From contig OZ287751.1 in the NCBI GenBank assembly GCA_965649765.1, positions 38,130,001 to 38,194,000 of the forward strand: a stretch of 64,000 bases of DNA, given 5' to 3'. Both the position numbers and the translations under genes were made by a program. The stretch is from Bispira polyomma. Its lineage: Eukaryota. Shown one piece after another: positions 50,028-64,000 of this stretch (positions are counted from its first letter, which is position 1; every line of letters begins with the position of its first letter). Under the pieces are notes generated by a model that was given only the letters and a program-made list of their open reading frames with translations, was not told where the DNA came from and did not search any database.

Positions 50028-53000
50028 ATTAACATTTGACATAAAATACCGGTAAGGCTCTTTTTGAATTATCAGCCGACACAGGTGATGGTGTTATTAT
50101 ATCGGAGGTCAGTATCTCTCGAACTTTTTACAAGTAAAGTAAAACCCCCATATAATGAACACTAATAAGACACAGTAAAGAGTATTCATTATAGAGAAGT
50201 GTTCATTATTCGGATAGTATTCACTATGGCACTAAATTGACATCTGGAGTTAAAAACTAGCTTGAATCCTTTTTGATATTGAAGAAGTTTTTTTTTTCAC
50301 ATCTCTTCTGTAGGGCACATTCTTTGATAGTTTTCTTTTAACCTACTGAATAGATCGGTTTAAAATTTAAGCCGCAAGATATGTGTTGCACATATAGGCT
50401 CCTAACAGATATTTGCTTAAATATGAACTTTTTGTGAAGTTCAAGAAATGATAGTTGCTTGGGCCCTATACTTCAAGATCACAGGTCGTATATGAGCTTT
50501 CCATAAATAAATTCCAAGATCCTAGTTTCCTATTTCCTCCCACTACTACCTTTTCAAGCAGCTACAGCCATTGGTACAGTAAATATTAATCAAAAACATG
50601 AATATACAGCAGTACAAAGCTAAACTTAAAACAGAGTAGCAACATAGAACAACTTACAAGTAAATTATCTGGGCCCTATAGAGAGATATTCTATGAATAT
50701 TAATTATGATTAAATTCCCAGAACAAAGCAATAAAAAAATACATATAGAATATAATATTGAGTGGTAATATTTAGGACTCGGTAAGCCTTTAAAGGATCA
50801 AATGTCAAACTAAAATTGTAAAATTCAGGCAAATTGACATGAACAGTTTTTTTTTTACCCCAGAGACTTAATAGCTGCTGGGTACCCTTATTCCCAAAGT
50901 TGGGCAGATGGGGACTTTCAATGTCCAGACTAGATTTCTGTAACTATACATGTCACAGGATGTTAACATTTGGTATAAGATTTATATTGATGTTTTCATG
51001 TACAACCAAAATGTCATGATCTTGCCTAGCTTTGACCTTTAACTCGCTTTAATAATCTGCTCTGGACTTCTCTCAGAAACTAGTAGTCAGATGAAGTTCA
51101 TATTCGACAAATATCAAATAGGAAGTATAGAAGTACAGTGTCATTTTTTAACGTCATACTGACCTTTGACCTTGCAATAATGACCTTGACCTAAAAAACT
51201 TTGTCTGGAATATTACAGTCCGGCTATATCTCATTTCTCATCACACAACTTTCATATTTAGTAGCAAAATTTCCCATGGGGTGTAGATGTGCAGTGCTAT
51301 GGTCTGACCTCATTTTGACCTTGGAATAATTGAGTGATCACCAGGACCACAGTAGTCATATTTATGTATCTCTGTTTAAGTATTAAGTTGCTGCTTTTGC
51401 TTCATACAGTTATCAGTATTACTATAACACTGTTTTGTTTAATTATCTTGGAAGTATATTGCTTTGGCTTTTTCTGTTTTCACTAATTCGGAGAGTGTTC
51501 ATTATGGAGTCTCTAAATTCAATTTCTCAGCAAACAATTACCTATTTATAATTTTGATCAAGGGGGAATGTAAATGATCGATTTTACCAATATAGAAAAA
51601 GCCAAAATAGTTTGTTTGGGCTAAGAGATCGCAACATTTGTCATAAAGTTATTTATAAAATTAACAAATACTAAAAAAGGTCTTTTTTTTTAAATGTATG
51701 AACAAAGTAAAAAAAATATGGCTTTGTATATTTCACTTTCATACAATTGTAGCCACATTATAAAAAGGCATATTAACATACTCCAATGTGGTTTGGTTAA
51801 AAAACCTTTTATTTAACCATATCTTAGCTGGGATATAAAAAGAATATATTGTATGTGATACCTGAAATAGATATTGACTTCTCTGGCCAGACTAGTTTGC
51901 ATTGATCCTAGCTCCAGTTGATTTTCCTGTGCAGTAATGCCCCCTTTGAAGTGTACTATTGGTGTGCATTATTTACAGCAACAGTTATTTCCAGGCAATT
52001 AAATTTATTGGGAAATGACTGTACAAAGGGTCCCATGAGTCAGACATGTAGGATAAAAAAAAATTACAGTCATGATTTAAGAGTGCTTGTTTTGGCTGTG
52101 ACAGAAATCTGAACCTTCATCTTTTTTTTTCTGCTACATCATGTGATCAAGTGTACATTCAAAGATACCAAGAACATTTCAAACCAGTTGCAATTATCAT
52201 TTGGGGAAGTTAATAAAGTAAAAGCATTCATTTGACAAAATTCCTCATTATATTTTTAGTAGATTAGAGTATATATAATCTTGTTATGAATTATAGAATT
52301 ATATTATTTCGTGTTATCAACTTCATTCAAGAATATGTTGACCTACATAATAGCTATAGAATTTAAACCCCATTTGCAATTATAATTTTGGGAAGCTGAG
52401 TAAGAGGTAATCTTTCTTCAAACTAAGTACAGGTATATATGTTCAATTATATTTTGGTATGGTTAGACTATATATATAACCCTGTGATAGATTATAGAAC
52501 TGTTAACAGAATGTTGCGTACAATATTACAAATACCAATACAGTGGAATGTGTAACCAGAACCAGTACATAAGTAGAACTTCTCTATAATTAGAACTAAT
52601 TTTTAGGAGACCCCACCATACAATAATAATGAATACAGTAGAACCTCTATTTTACGGACATCTTGGGAGAGTGACAATTTTTTTGGATAATAGAAGGTCC
52701 GTAAAATAGAAGTGGCATTTTTGTATAAAACATAGTTAAAAATAAGTTTGGGAGAGTGAAATTGAGTCCGTAAAATCGAATATTTTGATAATATAGTGTC
52801 GAATAATGGAGTTTCTTCTGTATTAGTATTACTGGTACGAATAGAAGTTCGCTATTATACCCAGCATCAAATTCTGTGTGTAAATATTCGACATTTGACT
52901 GATACCAATAGTGTCTTCTGTAAATTGCATTGCAAAATTAATAATATTAAATGTACTGTGAAATTCACAGCATTCTCTGTTGTCTCAGGTTACATACACA

Positions 53001-54139
53001 TTATTCATATGATGACAAATTACTGGCACAATGAAGCCACTGAAGCACAGAGAAAGAGCGGCATTATCACCTAAAAGGTGGCTTTTGTTAAGCTGCTTAA
53101 ATATTTAACCAGTAATAATGTCTTGCAAATAGACTCATTAACTGGGTACAAAAGTGGTTAATGCTTCCTCCTTTAAGGGCTATAGTTTTGTGCATTGTGC
53201 TGCTTGTAAATGTGTTAAATTCTGCAGAAAATGCCCTATAAATAGAGGGTGGTGTATGAGGGAGGTGCAGTTATGTTACAGTTAAGGGTGGGTGAGGGGG
53301 GGGGGGTTATATACATTGTTTACCCCATTTTTTGTTGGTGGAGGGGTTTAAACCCCCTTGGTGCCCCTCTACTTATGATGTATTGAGTTTGTTGCTGAGT
53401 CAAGTGAGTACATCCTTGAGTAATCCCCCCCCCACCACACACACACACACACCTCACCTCTACCTCCATGGATGCTTTAATGGCTGCACTTGTCATCATC
53501 ACCTCTCTTATAGACTAGTCTTAACCTAGGCTCCAGTTTCCCACTACAGTAGACTCTATAATCAGTATAAGTAAAATGTCTGCATTACTACAGCCAATTT
53601 TCTGGCCCCAACATTCAAAAATATTGTTTTAAAATTAGCTATAATTAAGACTTATACTGATTCTACTGTATACAGTAAAACCTTTTTAAATAGAACTCTA
53701 TTTTGACAATTTCCATTTTATGAAGAGAAATATCTGTAGTCCCACAAAGGCCTTTTGTTTTAATAAATATATCCTGTTTAAGTAGAAATCTTGTTTAAGT
53801 AAGGGTATTCCTCCTGACCTTTTGAGGTTTGACTTAAAGGAGGGTTTCATCTGTATCACATTTTCATATGCTATCAGATAGCCAACCTTGACATACTTGA
53901 TTGCAATTTTGTACCCAGTGCTAGTAGGTTTTAATGTCACTTTTCATCACTCACTTGTTATATCACAACAGGAAGTTTTTACTGGTGGAAGAAACCAGTT
54001 CTAACTAGTTAAGTCAAGATTAGTGTGATGTAAACCGCGGCCCTTTATCAAGTCTACTGCCAATATTCCCACATGCATGCCAAGATTTGAAATTCATGAC
54101 TACCTAGAGGCGGATGTTACCTCTACACTGTCCTAAACT

Positions 54140-55090
54140 GTCCTGACCCCCAAATCTACCTATTATTAACAGCAAACAATGCACAAGATCTGCTTTGCAT
54201 CCTTGCCAGATGTCTCAACTCTATCTAAGCTCAGATGAATTTTGCCAAACTTAAACTCAATCCTGACAAAACTAAATTTATACTAATCGGCACTAAAAAA
54301 GACAGGGATAAATCTAAATCTCTGTTTCTTAATAACCTACTCGGCAATGACGTACTCCAAGCTGATAAAGTAAAGAAATTGGGTGTCACTTTTAACTCCC
54401 TCTTGTACTTTAATGATCATATCTCTAATATACGCCAATTTTGCTACCTCTATATTCACGACCTCAAGATAATCAGATAACACCTATCCCATCAAACTGC
54501 CATAGTCATAGCAAATACACTCGTAAGCAGTCGATTGGACTACTGCAATTCTCTACTTTGTGGACTAAAGAAGTACCAGCTGCAAAGGCTACAATCAATT
54601 CAGAATCACCTGTGCAGAGTTGTGTGCCGTGTGGGATTTCGCATTCGTACGAGTTCTTTTCTCAAAAAGCTCCATTACCTGTCAAGTATACCGCATCATT
54701 TTCAAGACCAATGTTTCTACATACAAAGCTGTAAACACCTTTGTCAGCCCCCATATCTTGCCTCATTGTTGTTTTTCAGGAGGCTTATCAAGGGAAACAG
54801 AATTTCAGTCAATGGTACAAGAACTCTTAAACGGATTGGATCATATGCATTCTCTATTGCAGCACCCACCCCATGAAATAATTTACCAACTAATATAAGA
54901 TCCCTCACTAGCTTCAGAAGTAACCTTAAGACCCATTTTTTCACCCTCGCTTACCCTCCATAGACCCGTTTCTCCTCAATATCACCCCTGATCACAAATT
55001 TGCTTTGGAAACGGACTATGATTTTAACAACTCTGTCAATGATGTTGCACTTTAGAAGATGCCTGGCATCAATTAGGTGCATTCAAAATC
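54140..55090 (+). mobile_element. L2-group LINE 3' fragment
   Basis: DPQIYL, KLKLNPDKTKFILIG, KLGVTFNS, VSSRLDYCNSLL, AFSIAAP, with stops and frameshifts. Confidence 0.85.
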
Positions 55091-55161
55091 ATTTTATATC
55101 AGATCATACACCACCAAAGTCACTGTTTGGGAAAAGAAGGGTTCCCTGTTGTTTATACAGT

Positions 55162-55530
55162 GGTCTCTTTGGCCTAGCAGTTAGAGTGTCTGACTTTGGA
55201 TCTGAGGGTCCAGTTTTGAACCTTGCTGCAGGTCCAGAGATTGTACCCTTGAACAAGCTACTACACACAAAAGTTGTCCCTCTCCACTCAGATGTATAAA
55301 TGTGTACCTGGCTCCTAATGGGTGTTAGTCTGTGCACTGTATGTGGCAGCATGGCTAGTATGCCCCTTAGGGAGCTGAGAGCGAACAAATTCGTATTTGG
55401 ACTAAGTACTTCACACACAATGGGTACCTGGCTGCTAATAGGTGTAGTTTGTATGCCGTAAGTGCCTGTATGGCTAGTATGCTTGTAAAGTTGGATAAGA
55501 CATCTATACAGGTGATATCAGACTATAAAC
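55162..55530 (+). mobile_element. SINE family B with partial internal duplication
   Basis: Same consensus as 43670 and 49704; the GGGTACCTGGCTGCTAAT...GGCTAGTATGC segment is repeated. Confidence 0.7.
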
Positions 55531-57083
55531 TGATAAAGGTACCTACGCTATACTGAACTGATTCGAAATGAATTTGTTTCACATCATATCATACTTTCTG
55601 ACAAACCTGAGACTAAAGCGAGACTATTTCTAGGCAACAACGCCATAGAACAGTGATGTTATAAGAGTGAACAGTGTTTGTTGATTCTGATACACTCAAA
55701 TTGGCCTTGGGTGTCATTTATAGCTTTTTTGGCATTTTAGGAATTATATCCCCACTGCCTGATCCAAAGGCATCAATAGTTAATTTTTTTTGGACCCCTT
55801 CACACTTTTCAGCAACATGTGGCAAATCAATAGTCAATTTATCACTACTGTAATAAGTTTGTCATCATGGTGCATGAAATGAACTTGTCTCTGGGTGGTA
55901 TATAGAATATAGATACTGTATCAATCAAACATCCCATATCCAAAGGATATGGTTTTCTACTTACAGCTAACTTCTACTTATAAATGATTTGAAACTAGTA
56001 ATTCCAAATAAAAAATTGAAATGGATCAATTATTTTAAATCTATATTTGATCCCAAACTTTAAAAAAAAAATGAATGTCTAGAAGTATTTTTATAGCTTG
56101 AAAGCCATCTATAGGTTCTTGTTGATTGTCTAAGGTCTAAAGTAGGCCCAACCTCTCCTCAAATTTGTACTTGCTTTTGAAAGAACTTCTTTGAGAAAAA
56201 ATGAACACATTTCTTGTATCTGCACCACACATTTACCGCATCATAATCTCCCGATTTCTTTATTGCTTGATTATTTCTTGTATAGAAAGCTTGTATAAAC
56301 ACACTATTCACTTTAATGAATAGGATGATGTTACTGAAAACAACATTTAAAACATGAAGCTAGGGAAGTTTCTGTCCGAGATCATTTTTTGATCACCTGG
56401 GGATTATGCTGCTAATTTGATAATTAAGGAGTGATGTAACCTACAGCCAATGAAATGAGGGAACATCATTATGACGGAGAGTTCGCTTAACTTCCTGCTT
56501 TTTGTTGCTAGCTCACTCAATGCTATCAAATTTGGTTGCCATGCAACCAAATTTACAAAAGGGAGGTGATTCTTTGCAAAACCTCTGAACCATTGTTTTC
56601 AATTTAATTTTCCCATTATTGTTGAGTTAGATTACATTAGATTTTAATATTTAGCACAGATCAACAAATTCGCCAAAGCTAACATTTTGGTAAATAAATA
56701 AAAAAAATTAAATTTAGGAGAGTGAAACTATGTCCCTTATATCGTATATTCGAATAATGGAAGTATAGGTAATAGCTAGATGTTCTACTGTATTATTAAA
56801 TGTGAATTATCATTGAAATGGTCCCTTATATATAACTACGACTGATTTTCCTCAACTAAAGAGAGGGAGAGACCATGTTTTGAGTTGATCCCCAATTTGT
56901 TAGCTGCTCCAGCCTAAGGAGCACTTCTGAATGAAATCCAAGTGATGATGATGATCCATAGATCTTGTGCATAGTGGCTGTGTGTCTGGATTAATTGAGG
57001 ATTAACTGGCTGTATTTTCAATTGTGGAGACAGACAAACTACAGCCTCAGATCTGTCTGTACCAATGAAAGTGTGGATGGACT

Positions 57084-57428
57084 AAGTCCAGTCAGATATA
57101 TCTGATGTGTAAACTTACCAAGGTTTATAGATCAACCATTACAAGGGGTGTGGTCCAGAGAGAATTCTAAATCTTTCAATAAAAGTTAAAGTTGGCAAGA
57201 GGAAACATCAAATTGGATGGCTTTTAAGTCCAGTTAGATTTATCTGATTTGTTAACTGTTACCAAGGTTTATAGATTAACCATTCAAATGGGTGTGTGCT
57301 CACAGAGAATTCTAAATCTTTCAATTAAGGTTTAAGTTTGCAACAGGAAACATCAAATTGGTAGGATTTAAAGTCCAGTTCGATATATCTGATTTGTTAA
57401 CTGTTACCAAGGTTTATAGATTAACCAT
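57084..57428. repeat. ~144-bp tandem repeat, ~2.4 copies
   Basis: AAGTCCAGT...TTACCAAGGTTTATAGAT recurs at 57084, 57227 and 57372. Confidence 0.85.
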
Positions 57429-60400
57429 TATTGCAAGAGGTGGTCGGAGCAAAAAAGTTTAACTTCAACTTTAACAGGATATATAACCTGATGAAATAAA
57501 GAACAAGTACAGGTATGTAAGAGGCTTATTTTTTTGTAAAAATAATGTAATAGTAAAACACCTTCAAGTAGAAGTATATTAAGTCAATTTTTTTTTTGTA
57601 GTCTCACAAAAGCCTTCTCTTTTAAAATATGCTATCTATGTTAGGTGGAAATCCTGCTTAGGTAGAGGTATTTTTGAGGTTCGACTGAAAAGGGATCAAC
57701 TGTATGTGAAAATTGAGCAAAAAAATTGGAAAATACACTTACATGAAGCAAATTGTAAAATTAATAAAAATTAATTTCTCAAACAATATTCAAAATACAT
57801 GTACATTTGTATCTACATATATATGTACAACTGAATGACTGATATGAAAAAAGAGCAAGATGCTTTTTGTAACCACAAGGCTCTGTTCAGATAAATGAAG
57901 TTGGTAAAATGGAAGAGTCATTTTAGTAACGGCATACCATAATTGAAAAATATAAATTTGGGAGAGTGGAAATTATTTCATTAATATAATCAGATAAAAG
58001 AGGTTTTAATGCATGTTGAACAAAGAATGATTGTAAAAAACATTAAAATCTGTCTAGACGTCTGCATATTGTGGTTTTTGTCTATATAACCAATATAAAT
58101 TGGTATATTAGTTAAAATGGATTTGGCACAACATTATTTAGTATGTATCGACTGACAGGTGTTTATGAAAAAGGTGCTTTATGGATTGTTTTAGTAAATT
58201 ATGTTATTTTGTAAATTTTCATTTTTTGTTTGTTTGTAAAATTTATGAGAAAAACTAACTACCCATACAGGTGTGTTTGTTTTATAATGGATGCATTCAG
58301 AAAGCTTTATTTAACACAGAGATTTTAACCACAAGTAAGTTTATTCTCATTTTATTCTTTATGTATAAACTATACTTCTTTGTAAGTTTATCTTATTGAA
58401 AACATTGTAGAAATTGAGAAATAATACATTGTAAAAGTATTCAGTGATTTTAAATTGAATTAAAGTTTGTTTATTTAAAATTTTAGTTAGTAGAGAAGTT
58501 ATTACCAAGAATGTATTAGTTTTGGGTTCTAGGTTATAGTTTTTACCAACTGAAACACAAAACAATAGAACATCTTGGTTTGTGTGCAGAATTCAATGAT
58601 TGTAAATTGAATAAAAGTTTGTGTATTTAAAATTTTAATCAGTGGAGAAGTCATTACCAAAAATGTATTAATTTTTCAGCCTAGCTAGGGTTATGGTATT
58701 TACCAACAGAATCACAAAACAATAGAACATCTTGGTATACAGGTTGCTCTGTTTAACAATGAGATCTACACATACATTGTATACCTTAGATGACAATTAC
58801 ATGATTGATGATGATACCTTCTGTATCATTCATAGTCTTAACCAGGCTCAAGCTTGGGAGTTCAATGTTAATATTCTGTCACATTTAAGCCACAGAAAAC
58901 CCTCTGATAGTGAACACCTCCTAGCTATAATGGTTAACATCTCTCTATATATAATGAACTCACTTTTTTCCAGTCTTGTTTTCCATATCTGTGTGTTATA
59001 CAGTCTCTCCGAAGGGTGACCACCTAATTATAGGAAACTTTATAAAGTAGAGAACCATTATATTATGTGCCTGTTTGTATCTTTGTAATTTTTTTGTACA
59101 ACAAAAAGAAATAAAAATATTAAAAAACTAAAAAAACTAAAAAAACTTATATACCATACTCTGGAATGTTTATTATCCAAACATGTCGGGTAAGCAAGAT
59201 TTTGTTCTGATGATAGAAGGTAAATAAAACAAAAGAGACATTTGAAAGTGCAAATTTTGGAAAGGGAACAAATATTAACAAAATTTATTGTTTAGATAGT
59301 ACATGTACGGATAATAGATACTCCACTGTATAAGGCTTCAACTTCTTTTGAGAAAATACACATTTAAATATATTAGTAAATCAAGGATATGTTCTTGGGC
59401 CAAAAAAAAAAAGTTAGACCAATATTGATATGTTTATTATGTTATTATTATGTTTTGCAACAGAAAAAGGTCACACAAATTTGTGACTTTATTAATTATC
59501 AAGACGCTCTTATTTGGAGAAAATGTAAATGAAGGATTTGGATACTAGAATTTTGTATAATAGGGGGTTTGTACTGTCTACACTTACAATGTATTTGTGT
59601 AGTGAAAAGACTACTATAGCTATCAGTCCCTTTCTGACTGTGTAAATATTACTAGGGTCATTAGAGGTGTAATGGTCTCCACCTGTGTTCTGACTGTGCT
59701 TGTATTTCCTTAGCATAGCTAGAATTAGTGAGAAATAGTTCCCAGTAGAGGAAAGCCTACACAAATATATGACAGTTGGCTATAAGGCATGTGGTTTTCT
59801 GTAAAGGTCCCAGCTAAAGGTCACTAATGTTTGTTAATTGAGCATTGTGTCCAGTTCAGGCATTCATGTAAAGAGGCTAAAAATAACGTGTGAATTAGTT
59901 GAGAACAATTGTAATGGATTTGCATTTTTAGTCTATTTTCTGTTTATAGCTTTGCCCCCTGTTATAACTTATAGTTTAATATGTATAACGACAGTGCAGG
60001 TATATAATCAAGTAGATCCTCTATTATCCAAACACCATGAAAGAACATGAATTGGTTTGGATAATAAGAAAGGTTAATCACATGTGACAGTTAAGTGTAG
60101 TACATAGTCGGTGCATATATTTTTGTAATGCAATATAATTTTAGTCAGTTACTATGTGCTTGCTTACGATCTCAATATACGGTGCACCAAGGATATAGCA
60201 ATTTGGATAGTGTAAATTTGAGAAAGGTAAAATATTATTCAGAGAACTAAATTTATTTGGATAAAATAAGTTCCCATTATAGAAGTTACAATATGATGGA
60301 ACCCTTTTAACTATCTCTGGGTATGCGTTAGAAACTTTTATAAATAAACATGTTGAGAGAGCAGGATTTCGGACAATGCAAGCTTATAGAAGAGGCATTT

Positions 60401-61106
60401 TTGTATTAGAGTGGAAAAAATTGTTTATTCCGATAACAGAAGTTCAGATAATGGAGGTAGCACAAATCAAAAAGCTTTTTAAATAGACTGTATTTGACCA
60501 TACACCAGTATTCTACCATTGTCACCCGCTTCATTGTTTTTCATACATCATTGTCATTTTGTAAATATCTCATTGCGAGATGTTTAAACCAAAAAAGAGG
60601 TTGCACTGTTCTTCTAAAATATGTCACTCTGTCATTATGACAAATATATTTTACTGTTTCACTAGTAGTTTAAGGATGGCTCCCACTTTCACGTTGTCCT
60701 TACTATAATCTCGACTTACCCAGCACGTATCTGTCAGGGTGAAAATGTGCCTTCAATCCGGTTTCTAATTGCGGTCCGTCAAATCATATATGGAGGTAAA
60801 TATAGCGATGCCCCTGCTGTGTCACTTTCATTGCAGAAATTTACTCGCTATATTCACCTCCATACATAATATGATTTGAGATCTACGCTTAACTAGAATT
60901 TCAGACGGAAATCACTGTGGGTTTAAATTTTTATACTGCTTACGTTGAGGGATGTTTCTGCGACCGACAAATCGTCATACACACACGAGCATCTTTTTTT
61001 TAAGTCGCTCAAGTGGGAGGCGGGCATTACTATGCATTTAGTGGGGCTTTAGAAACAGAGGCCTGACCTAGTAAGTTTCCAGTACTGTATTGACAAAAGG
61101 TCTTAA

Positions 61107-61451
61107 AGTCCAGACACACAGAACCGCATCCGGATCGGGATTGGGATTGGTTTCTTTTTGAACCAAATAATACAGTGGAACCAAACACACAGAAGATGGA
61201 TCCGTATCCAGATCTGCTGATCCGGCCCGGATAAAATTTACACAGATTTTATTTCTAATTTTTGATGGATCCGGATCCCTTCTAAGCACCTACAAAGTAG
61301 CTTAACATATCACATATTTAAACACATAAACACTCATTATGTGCCCATGATTCGGCCGGATTTTCTGTCCTGTTTGAATTGAAGAAATGAAAATCCGTTT
61401 TCAAATGATTAGACGGATCCAGATGCAGATGTGGTTCTGTGTATCTGGACC
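61107..61451. mobile_element. Harbinger-like MITE
   Basis: GTCCAGACACACAGAACCGCATC ... GATGTGGTTCTGTGTATCTGGAC imperfect TIRs with TAA/TTA flanks. Confidence 0.65.
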
Positions 61452-62354
61452 TTAAGTCTTAAGCTTAACATTCATGTCTAGAATATTTAAGACTGTGTAC
61501 TGGTAAATTCAAGTTATGTGCAATGTCAACACCAAGCAAAGATATTTTCTTACTGTCACTAGGACAAAGACAAAAATCTTTATCTTTTCCACCAAAATGA
61601 AAGACCAAAATCTCAAGCTGAAGACAAAGTTAAAACTATGGCATTTTGTGAATATGGACTCAGGTGTTTTATTACTACACTTTATTCTTGATTCATTATT
61701 TCATGAAATCATTTTGCATTAGGCTCCATAAAAGTGTTAAACGTATGACTAGTGCTTTAATTTACAAACATTAAAAGTTTGGCTGTACACTAGTTGTTGA
61801 TAAAAGTGAATATTCAGATAATTGAACTCTAGAATATAGAGGTAAATCTGTGTTTGTTAAACTTGGTAGACTAGTTTTATCATTATAGCCTTGACAGGTA
61901 CATTATTATAGATATTTCTGGTACAGTAAGTAATCTTAAATTTGCCACTGTATCTTAAATTCGCCACTCCAAAAATTTTAGCCAAATCAATAAAAACTGG
62001 TGAAAAATAACTGGAATTTAGGTAAGGAAGGCAAAATAGTCACATAAATCTCAATTTCAGCAAATATTACCCACAATTCTACCAAAAACACAACATTTTC
62101 TAAGTGGCGAATTTCAAATACAGTGACCCTCCAGTTGCCCTACTTTGTATTAATATCAATTTATTGAAACACTGAATTTACTGTTTAACCCCCGGATATA
62201 CGTCATCCTGCTTTGTTAAATAAACTAGATTGTTCAGGTAAATCCTCTTTAGCTCCCACCCAAAGGTTTATTTTACCATTTAAATCTGATCTTCCTGGAC
62301 GTCAGCTGACTGAAATTCCTGCTGTGGAGTTAAGTGAGTAAACCTTATTAATTG

Positions 62355-62368
62355 GTAACCATGGCAAC
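62355..62368. promoter_or_regulatory. Consensus RFX X-box
   Basis: GTAACCATGGCAAC fits GTNRCC-N2-RGYAAC; function untested. Confidence 0.4.
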
Positions 62369-64000
62369 TTAAATCAAATCCATGTGTAGGCATCCATGCT
62401 TCACACACCCAACAACAGGTCAGTTCTTTTAAAGGTAGCTTGTGTTTTATTTGGACCACCCATAGCTTCCTTTTTGGCATTTAGAATGACCCCCTCATTG
62501 AACAAATGCCGCATCTTACAAACTGGTGTAGTATCTGTTTTAACTGTATTACTGGAGAAAAAAATTAATGGTAGCCCTAATCCTTAATGTATAAAAATGT
62601 AGGCAGTATCAATAAAAAAGTATTATATGTACGTGTATCACGTAGAATGGTCGCATAATCACATCGAAAAGGAAGATGTATCAATTTTTAAAATGCTTTC
62701 TGGTTTCGTAAAATAGTGGTATAAACCTTATTACTGATAATTTCCTAGACATTATGTAGATATTTCAGCAAATTTACTGGAACTCTAAAGGTAAAAATAC
62801 ACTGAAACGCATCCGGATCGGGATCCGGATCCATATAATCATCTGAAAACAGATATTAGCTTAATTGCTATTCACAATGGACAGAAAATCCACCTGAATC
62901 CTGTGAAATTTTATAAGCTACTCAGCAGATCCAGATCCGTCTTCTGTGTGAATGCTTACACTGTTTTATTTGTGTCAAAATCATACAGATCTGCGAGACG
63001 GATCCGGCATGTGTGAATGGACCTTTCGCAATACTTTTTGTATAAAATATGAAATTTATCTTTAATTATAACCCTAGTGTGGCCTCGAACCAATGGTCAT
63101 AGGTGAAATCTAACATATTCTAAGGCATTAAAGGCACCTAATACATGACAATGCCAATATTACTTTTTCAAATATGACACAAATACATTCTAATACCCTA
63201 AAACCACAGGAAAGTTTTGAAACCAGGGTCTGGATGTTTAAGGAACTGGTACAATTTGACTAATATAACATTTGCGTCAAGGTCAAATTGGCTTAATATG
63301 GGTGAATAGCTAAATGCTGTACCATATTTCCAAACTTAGTGGGTGAAGTTCATGAAATTTGATAGAATGTCTCTGGACATCTATTTTAAAGTAAATTTTA
63401 TGGCCCCTTATAGGGTCAATTTGTGTGTTGGTTTCTTCATATCTTTTTTCCTACTGGTAGATAGAGCTTTAAAGTGTCTTGTGTGTGTGTTAAGAGAACA
63501 CCATAGTCCGGGGAATCTAGTGCTGTTGTCAGACAAAACCTATTACTATTAAGTTATGACTGTAGCTACAGTGAAACCACCATGTTAAGTCGTATTTGAA
63601 GGGACCAAAAATATTGGTTAAAATATTAATTAGAAATTTAGCAATGGGACCTTAAAATACCTTCTACTTAACAGGCAATTCAGCTTATCAGAATTCTACC
63701 TAAATGGGTTTGACTATATTATTAGTACGATATGCGCCTAAAAAGGGGTTCAGTTTTCAGATTCTTTCGTTTAAATAAGTTCTTATTTCCCTTCTATTAC
63801 TGATTCAAATATGTTATGTGGAAGGGAAATTCTGGTTACAAATGATTTCACAGAATTTAATTTAATTTGTGTAATAATTAATGAAGCATTGTTTTTGTAT
63901 GTTTAATTTTTTATCTCCCTGAAGAGGGAGGCTGATTCAGTAGAATTTCTATGCCCATTCAGCAAGTCAGTTCTTGTTAACATATTATAGTTGTGCAGGT

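Noticed and set aside
48400-64000. Short ORFs (60-113 aa) in the last 15 kb
   Set aside because: None resembles a known protein other than L2 RT fragments; the rest overlap SINEs/MITEs or look like chance ORFs.

Overview
AT-rich, repeat-dense, intron-containing animal genomic DNA, probably a non-vertebrate such as a mollusc or other lophotrochozoan (inferred from the repeat families; not provable here). Three conserved genes can be assembled by hand from GT-AG splice sites with consistent reading phases. (1) SELENOK (+), missing only its first exon: exons 60-144, 1193-1211, 1538-1587, 6595-6668 and 7469-7515, with an in-frame Sec UGA at 7504-7506 and a canonical SECIS at about 7824-7877. (2) UBXN6/UBXD1 (-), 450 aa: exons 15860-15763, 15031-14910 and 13653-12521. 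(3) DCLRE1B/Apollo/SNM1B (+): seven coding exons from 28334 to 42722, predicting about 2457 aa, i.e. a ~345-aa MBL/beta-CASP nuclease plus a ~2100-aa tail with three AT-hooks and coding minisatellites. The most unexpected signal is a spliced 101-aa single-pass membrane ORF (20721-20472 joined to 15934-15879, - strand). It ends 18 nt upstream of the UBXN6 ATG inside the same exon, which suggests a dicistronic or conserved-peptide-uORF transcript. The rest is mobile DNA: a dead Harbinger transposase, a 5'-truncated L1/Tx1-type LINE, L2/CR1 fragments (one with a decayed 2A-like motif), two tRNA-derived SINE families, Helentron-associated-like elements with internal tandem arrays, and many MITEs. 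No protein-coding host gene was recognised after ~43 kb.
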